Below, in pieces: positions 57,743 to 64,000 of a stretch of 64,000 nucleotides of DNA. Location: NCBI RefSeq assembly GCF_964204645.1, contig NC_134025.1, positions 11,346,001 to 11,410,000 of the forward strand, read 5' to 3'. The translations under genes and the position numbers were made by a program. The notes under the pieces are model-generated. The model did no database searches. It was not told where the DNA came from and saw only the letters and a program-made list of their open reading frames with translations. The number at the start of each line of letters is the position of its first letter. The first letter of the stretch is position 1. This DNA comes from Tubulanus polymorphus (taxonomy: Eukaryota > Animalia > Nemertea).

Positions 57743-57831
57743 CTCAGCTGGTTTGTTGGCGCAGGCAACTATGATCTGTGACGTCACCAGTGCGGCAGCC
57801 ACGAGTAGGAAGTTGATGATGTAATATAAAA
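57743..57831 (-). CDS. nAChR-like subunit exon 8 (M3)
   Basis: TTTTTCCTTCCAG acceptor; VLYYIINFLLVAAALVTSQIIVACANKPAE is hydrophobic; GAG|GTAACG donor; phase 1 to 0. Confidence 0.85.
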
Positions 57832-58003
57832 CTGGAAGGAAAAATCTAAGTAAGACGCTTCGAACCTTAACTTATTCGGCAATTCACATTTCGAAAGTTG
57901 CAGTATTTACGAACTTTTACAATTATAATTAGTAAAACAACGATACTATCATATTTCATATAATGATATTTGTACTTCGAAAGAAATCTTGATTTTCTAC
58001 TAC

Positions 58004-58090
58004 CTAAGTAAGGAATCTCATTCACAGGACCAGCCGACTGAGGAAGGTTAGCTATCAGCAGAAATAAGAAGCCAACCTCTAATCCTATAC
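58004..58090 (-). CDS. nAChR-like subunit exon 7 (87 bp, M2 and M2-M3 loop)
   Basis: TTTATTTCAG acceptor; GIGLEVGFLFLLIANLPQSAGPVNEIPYL; 87 bp, phase 1-1. Confidence 0.88.
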
Positions 58091-58319
58091 CTGAAATAAA
58101 CAAAGTATTTATCTATGAAATAAATATTCTTCATTTATTTCATGAATGTCATGAACGTTGGTCGGTTGAAAATTGACGGCTATAAAACGATTAGCCCAAA
58201 AAAAACTCATATTGTCTCTGATGGCAGGTCCAATCCACTGTTCGTACTCTACAGAAAACTACCTCAACAGAATCTAACACTTTTGGGCATTTGATTTGTT
58301 AGAAATATCAGCGACCTAC

Positions 58320-58575
58320 CCAAAGCGGTTTTTTCTCCGGGAACGGCGACGAGTACGAGTGGCACCATCAACGACATAATACAACTAGGAACGACCATCA
58401 TTAGAATCCGGGCAGGCGACCATCGCTCCAGTTCGTACTCGAATCTCACTTCCGGGTAGTTCCTTCCCGAAAAATACTCGGTAGCTTTCGTAATACTGCC
58501 GTTCACATACAGCCACTCGACGTTCTCGTACATACCATCAACTTCTATAAGATTCGTTCGATTCACTAAACTAAG
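58320..58575 (-). CDS. nAChR-like subunit exon 6 (loop F, loop C, M1, start of M2)
   Basis: LSLVNRT...YENVEW...YPEVRFEYELER-WSPARILMMVVPSCIMSLMVPLVLVAVP-GEKTALG; G|GTAGGT donor, phase 1. Confidence 0.92.
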
Positions 58576-59188
58576 CTATATGATAAATATAAAAATCAAA
58601 AATGTGAATTCCCTGGTTCGGTATAGTTCTAGTGAACCAAACGGTAAAAGCCAATTTATACATTTATTTCAGAAAGAATTGCTACAATGTGTACAATGTG
58701 ACAATCAATACAAAATGGGTTTCAGAAAAAGCAAGGCATGTATTAAACTGAAACCCTGAAAAAGGAATGTTAAATACATAAAATGTTGTAGTTGGCTAAT
58801 AGAGAACTACTGTTCAAAATTAACTACGATAAATACAGATATTTGAAGAAAATACACCAGTGTGTTAGATGAATACAGCAGCTTAAAATGAATCGACAAA
58901 AGAGGATAATCAATTAACAATTGGTTTGCATGAATAGGCATATTCGAGATGAGCTACAGAGGAAAGTTTGTCTTACAATACGAAGTTCATATGTAAATAG
59001 TTCAGAAGGCTTTCTAAATGTCGAATAAGTTATGATTCATTCAACAAGTTAATAGGATTTTAGGATCACAAAATTGTTGAAAATAAAGTTGTTTGGTTTT
59101 CAAACAAAATAAGGGTCCCGACGAATAAAATCGAATATCTCTGTATTTTGCTATCATGGACAGATTTCAACCCACTACTATCACCCAC

Positions 59189-59366
59189 CTGAGATCCATC
59201 GTAGGTAGCAGAGCCGAATACGGCTTTACACTTGTGCCGATCGAAAGGAAAATGTTTCATGGTCATCTGACACGTCACGGTCGCCGATAGTTTCGACGAG
59301 CAAAAAGCGCCACCATCGCTGGAAAATATCACCAATCCTCGGCATAGGCGCGTCGAACTGTCCAGG
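59189..59366 (-). CDS. nAChR-like subunit exon 5 (Cys-loop, loop B)
   Basis: C-QMTMKHFPFDRHK-C is the signature C-x13-C Cys-loop with FPFD, followed by FGSATYDGSQ; CAG|GTGGGT donor; phase 2 to 0. Confidence 0.95.
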
Positions 59367-59534
59367 CTGTAATATGATGTAATTAAGAAAAAAAATTGAT
59401 TGAATTCTGTGCTGCAAAATGAAGTCAAATTTCAGCTGTCAAATTTCCAGCCGACCTCAGATTATCATTGAACAATTCCAAATTATCGAAGGATTAATAT
59501 TGAATTTCAAGGATTCAGAGTGTATATACATGTA

Positions 59535-59700
59535 CAGTAGACTTCGCTCTCAAGTCGGATCTTTTGGGACCCTAAAAATGTGTCCGACGTGAGTGATATC
59601 CGTGTTGGATGTTTATGTATTTCATTTTTTTAAAGTGTCACAAAAAAAAATTCAACGGTTAGCAGAGTTGATCGGATCCGACTTTGGCGGGTCTACATTG
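59535..59700. mobile_element. Tc1/mariner(pogo)-type MITE in intron 4 of the channel gene
   Basis: TA|CAGTAGACTTCGCTCTCAAGTCGGATC ... GATCCGACTTTGGCGGGTCTACATTG imperfect TIRs. Confidence 0.55.
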
Positions 59701-59985
59701 ATATGTTATACGCATCATGTGTTATCATGACTTCGATGAAACTTCGAGTCGTGAAACTGGTCCCAGTTTTATAGTTGTGTGATAAATTTTGGAAGTGTGC
59801 GAATACTATAGTGAATTTTGATCAAATTAGTCGCTTGCCGGTTTAGAATGGTGTTGGAAGACTGTTTCAATGAACCGGAACCGAATTTCCAAATAATGTG
59901 CTTCGATTTAAACAAAAAACTCTGTAAATTCGACCGTCGATCTCACAACTATATCTGTACTTCGATTTCCGATTTCGGAATCAAA

Positions 59986-60098
59986 CCCCCTGTTTCGATC
60001 ACGGCAGGTGTGGTGGGTTTGTAAGGGACACCAAATCAAAACAAAAATCAAACAAAATCTATCGATCAAATAAATAACAGGGCCAATCCCTATTTCAA
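59986..60098 (+). repeat. Dispersed ~110-bp repeat (SINE-like), copy 2
   Basis: Homologous to 56309-56418; begins with B-box-like GTTTCGATCACGG. Confidence 0.75.
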
Positions 60099-60716
60099 GA
60101 TCCAAAAAATATTGATAAAACATTGTCACCAATATCCATGAAATAGTAAAACGCAGCGTCAGAGCTTCGACGATGACTACTGATGATCCAAATCTTTTGC
60201 TGTCTTCGGTTGGTCACACGAAAAAAAGCATTTCGTACCGTAATGTAACAAAAAGAACAGCACGAACCGAATCTGCAGCGCGAGCAAATTTTTGTATTCG
60301 CGTAGTCCATAAAATATCGTCCACGGGGAAAAAATGTCAATTGCATTCCGTTCCGACAGCTCGACAACAGTTGGTGCGATGATGAATATTGTAGTAAAAT
60401 TATGTAGGCCCCTAGTAATGAATTAATGCGGCAATTAAGCGATTTATTTTGTTTTCCTGTATCGTCATTTACAACTTAGATAATTGTCGTTATACGGCGA
60501 TGTAGCGGTTAGTTCAATGGCTTTGTTTGTAACCCAGATAATGCCAACCGAGGTTTAGTCTCGAAAAAAGCGCATAATGTCAAGATCCTTCGAAATGTTG
60601 ACTTCGTCAAAAATTTAGGAATCATTACTTGGGTGTTCTAATGTTTTTTTGGTGTCTTGGCATAGGATTCTGAGGGAAATACACCATATATTCCTTTTAA
60701 AATGCTAAAATACCAT

Positions 60717-60929
60717 GGGGCCAGTTGGTCATAAGGTAGTTCGAGTGAACCAATGGATGGTTGATGAAAGAGACAATTCAAGTTCATTGTTGTTATGTTA
60801 TCTATCCTCCGATTAACTTTTCGGCTACTGGTCCCTGGTTAGAGTTAACCAGTGGATAGTTGATATAGTAATGATTAAAAGTTCATTGTAACTATGGTAT
60901 TTATCCACCGGTTATCTTAATAACCAACT
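60717..60929. mobile_element. Two adjacent degenerate copies of the palindromic GGGGCCAGTTG MITE
   Basis: GGGGCCAGTTG...TACTGGTCCC (60717-60835), then GGTTAGAGTTAACCAGTGGATA...TATCCACCGGTTA..TAACCAACT. Confidence 0.6.
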
Positions 60930-61018
60930 AATTCTGCCCGATGCCCAAGAGGAGTAGCTCCATGAACACGTTGTATACTCTGGAGTGCTATAATGTCTTA
61001 CTACCGGGAAACACGAAC

Positions 61019-61128
61019 CTGTTCTTGATAGTGATATCAGGAACCCACACTTCCTTTGCTGGTAACAAAAGTTTATTGATGCTGTCGTGTTCAGATGGGA
61101 GCCACATTATTCTGTAATCTATCCATTC
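61019..61128 (-). CDS. nAChR-like subunit exon 4 (110 bp, loop A)
   Basis: EWIDYRIMWLPSEHDSINKLLLPAKEVWVPDITIKN (WxD..W and WxPDI motifs); T7CAG acceptor; AG|GTTCGT donor. Not present in the supplied ORF track. Confidence 0.9.
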
Positions 61129-61254
61129 CTGAAAAAAAGTTAGAAAAATATATTATACCGGATAGAGTAATTAATTAGCCCTCGTCGAGCTTACAAAATA
61201 ATAGAATGTACCAGATTCTATTCTTCTGAAATGGTTGTATATTAGCATACCTAC

Positions 61255-61299
61255 CAAATCTACGAGGCCTTCGAATTTAAACAACTGTAGATTCGCTGT
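61255..61299 (-). CDS. nAChR-like subunit exon 3 (45 bp, beta2/loop D)
   Basis: TTGTTTCAG acceptor, TANLQLFKFEGLVDL, GTAGGT donor; 45 bp phase 0-0 as in nAChR genes. Confidence 0.82.
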
Positions 61300-61508
61300 C
61301 TGAAACAAACACATGAAAATGGTCGAATGACAAGATAAACGATGAGAATGTTCTGGTTGAATGTGATTTTTATCTCGTGCATGCCATAGGAAATAAATGC
61401 CACGCAAAAGAAATATGCCTACTTTTCATTTATTTGCGTGATGAAAGTATTCAATCAAAACTGAGAGGGGTAACTCGTGCAATATCGTTCAGGAAGGTCC
61501 TTACTTAC

Positions 61509-61657
61509 TATATCTAGAATATTTATCAAGCTGAAGCTTATCTTCACGACTACTGGTTCGTCATATGCTCGACTGGGTCTCACAAATTTATTTTGTACCC
61601 AATTTCTGGACGTGGAGTTCGTGAAATAGCTAATCAATTTTAGCTCTTGTGACTTCG
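61509..61657 (-). CDS. nAChR-like subunit exon 2
   Basis: TTTTTAG acceptor; KSQELKLISYF...NKFVRPSRAYDEPVVVKISFSLINILDI matches the pLGIC N-terminal helix / 'VRP' / beta1 pattern; GTAAGT donor; phase 1 to 0. Confidence 0.9.
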
Positions 61658-62140
61658 CTAAAAACATAAAGAGCACGTACATCATTGCAGGACTCGAAGC
61701 TTTTCACTCCCATTTCTGAGGGTCTGGCCCACGGGTATTGGCCACACCGATGTTATATGAGGAGGGGCGCAGACTTTTGAGCTAATGAAAATATCAATAC
61801 ATCTCAAGAAGTACGTCAAAATCTTGTTAAATTAAAAGATAAAAGAACTCTGTGACTTTTCCCCTATATGACGGTTCCCCAGGTCATATGTGACTGTTGA
61901 ATCTAAAAATTAATGGTACATACAAAGTATTGATTTAACATCTGAATATCTATCAGAAATTAAAACAGTAAGATGGATGTTTATTTTCATTTCTACAGTA
62001 CAGATTTTCAGTAGCCTACTGACCCACGCCCATATTTGAACAGAGTACATTTAACCGCCATAATGCCAAAGCAAATAAATCGTACGCTAACACATTTTAC
62101 CAGATTGCGCAATATCAGCAAGCAACTCGATCGTACTCAC

Positions 62141-62231
62141 CCGCCTTAGCTCTCGACCTGGCACCATCGCTAAATCCTACGACGCAAAGAACACATAAAA
62201 GTGACCAGGAAAACTGGCAAATATCCGCCAT
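62141..62231 (-). CDS. Divergent Cys-loop ligand-gated ion channel (nAChR-like) exon 1, signal peptide
   Basis: AAAATGG start context; MADICQFSWSLLCVLCVVGFSDGARSRAKA is a hydrophobic signal peptide; donor G|GTGAGT, phase 1. Confidence 0.8.
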
Positions 62232-62994
62232 TTTATATCTCGAAACTATATGCGCTATGCTCGTACATACTATACCGCGTATATGCGCAATGCGGCAAAC
62301 CCTCCTTATTTTGGTACATATAATAGTCACCCTAATTATTTTTAATCAGCCTCTGACCCAGTGGTTGACACTGCCACGCAATTTAGATATCATATTATTA
62401 CAAGGCGCATTTTACTGGAACTGTATCAAGCATCTATATCGCTGTGTCGGGCGAAATACTACGGAATTAGCATTAGATAATAAGATAAAAACCCATAATA
62501 TACAGATTTGAAGATTCACACCTGACGATGATCTCTAGAGATAAAACCCGAGTCATGTCATTTTAATTCTTGATTGAAAAAAATCCTCGATTTTTAAACT
62601 TCAAATCTGTATAGGCCTATAGTGGGTTGTTATCTTATTACCGGGGTATCTGTTCTCATATGTTAGAGTGGGATAATCCCGTTTTTTTCATACGGAAAAC
62701 CAATGATAGTTAATTGATATTGCCAGCTCAAAAGTTCAAATGTGGTAAAACATAAATTTCACCGACCAAAACGACACCTTAACACGCGATTTCTATAGAA
62801 CTCCATGAATAATTGATTTTGTGAACTTCTGTTCAGTGGGAAAAACTGTAGACGACTAGTCAATGAATTCATTCGTCGACAGACACTAGAAGAATGCGTT
62901 TGAAAAACTGAAAGTTTAAATTCATAAATTTTGTTGCAAAAAGGAAAGGAAACATTAACATATTCTAGCGTTCGGTTGGTAATGTTGGTTGGTA

Positions 62995-63789
62995 ATGCCG
63001 TGTGGTGTCAAAGGGAAAGCAGTTGTGAACAGTAAACGCGTAAGTATGCGTATCAGACGAGATATCACGCGTAAAAAGTCGTTTTTGGACTTATCTCAAA
63101 CAGCAGCCAGATACATTTATAAGTCTTCCGGACAACGATCACCCGCAGACTGCTCCACAGGTTGGCGAGAATATTTGTCAGGGGTTGGAGAGATTTCCTT
63201 TGATCATTCACCGTCTCCGCAGCTTCAAGTGAACCTATCGCGCGCTACAAAACCGCGCAAAGCATTTGATCCGTCCGTTGAATTAGTTTGGCTCAACGGA
63301 TTGTGTTCGGAACCCCCGGCCGAAATCGCCAGAAGGTTAGTGTGCGGTAGGGCGCCTTCGATCCGTCACAATCGTCTGTGGCAGGTACGAACGTCAGGCA
63401 TGACAGTCGGAGAACGAGCGCTGTTGGCAGCTCAACGAATGAATAAATTCTTTGGGCAAAATCATCATAAGAAATCAATCAAACAAACCGACACTTCAGT
63501 GATAATACCATCTACATATTCGTCGTTACAGCGCCCGTGTCAGGATATATTAAAACTACAGCATTCAGAAATTAAGGGTTTCGCTTTGTGTCCGCGCTGG
63601 TCCGTCAATCGATTTGTCCCAGGAAACATTACTGGCCTGAAAGCAGTCAAAGATTCGGATGAAAGAGAAAAGGAACATTTTCCGTCAGTTCATGCAATGA
63701 AGAAGAGAGACTGGCAACATAATTCTACTAAATTTGTAAAAGACACGATGCTCGTACGTTCAGTTATTAGAATGCCCACAATTGTGTAA
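62995..63789 (+). CDS. Uncharacterised basic protein (264 aa from first ATG), single ORF or terminal exon
   Basis: Longest ORF in the window (795 nt), higher GC than its flanks; no recognisable domain; possible acceptor TATTCTAG at 62961-62968. Confidence 0.55.
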   Translation: MPCGVKGKAVVNSKRVSMRIRRDITRKKSFLDLSQTAARYIYKSSGQRSPADCSTGWREYLSGVGEISFDHSPSPQLQVNLSRATKPRKAFDPSVELVWLNGLCSEPPAEIARRLVCGRAPSIRHNRLWQVRTSGMTVGERALLAAQRMNKFFGQNHHKKSIKQTDTSVIIPSTYSSLQRPCQDILKLQHSEIKGFALCPRWSVNRFVPGNITGLKAVKDSDEREKEHFPSVHAMKKRDWQHNSTKFVKDTMLVRSVIRMPTIV

Positions 63790-64000
63790 CTTTTTGAATT
63801 GTAAATCCTGGTTTATTCGTGAATAATATTTAAACTACTCGTGGCATGTGGCGCGTAGTAATCCATAGATATCAAACACCTTATTTTGTTAACTAAACTA
63901 GGTGTTTGCATGTTGCAAGATGATTCAGCGCCAAGTGCGCTCAGCGAGACATTAACTTCAACTCGAAACACGAAATAAGTATAGCCTTTTTTGTTCGTGA

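Overview
AT-rich, intron-containing animal genomic DNA with no obvious CpG depletion (probably a bilaterian invertebrate; the species cannot be fixed from sequence). Most ORFs in the supplied track are spurious. Three coding units are supported. (1) A two-coding-exon Six1/2 (sine oculis) homeobox gene on the minus strand (34899-34301 joined to 18177-17865, 303 aa, 16.1 kb intron), with long gene-poor flanks. (2) A nine-exon, phase-consistent, 383-aa Cys-loop pentameric ligand-gated ion channel subunit on the minus strand (62231 to 57191). It keeps nAChR-type exon sizes but has lost most acetylcholine-binding aromatic residues, has an atypical M2 and has almost no intracellular loop. This orphan receptor is the most interesting object here. 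(3) An unrecognised 264-aa ORF (62995-63789, +) head-to-head with the channel gene. The non-coding DNA carries MITEs, SINE and LINE remnants, a perfect 86-bp foldback around an (AT)83 tract, an A-B-A templated-insertion structure, candidate CTCF sites 3' of Six1/2 and candidate regulatory elements. All alignments were done by eye; no database searches were run.
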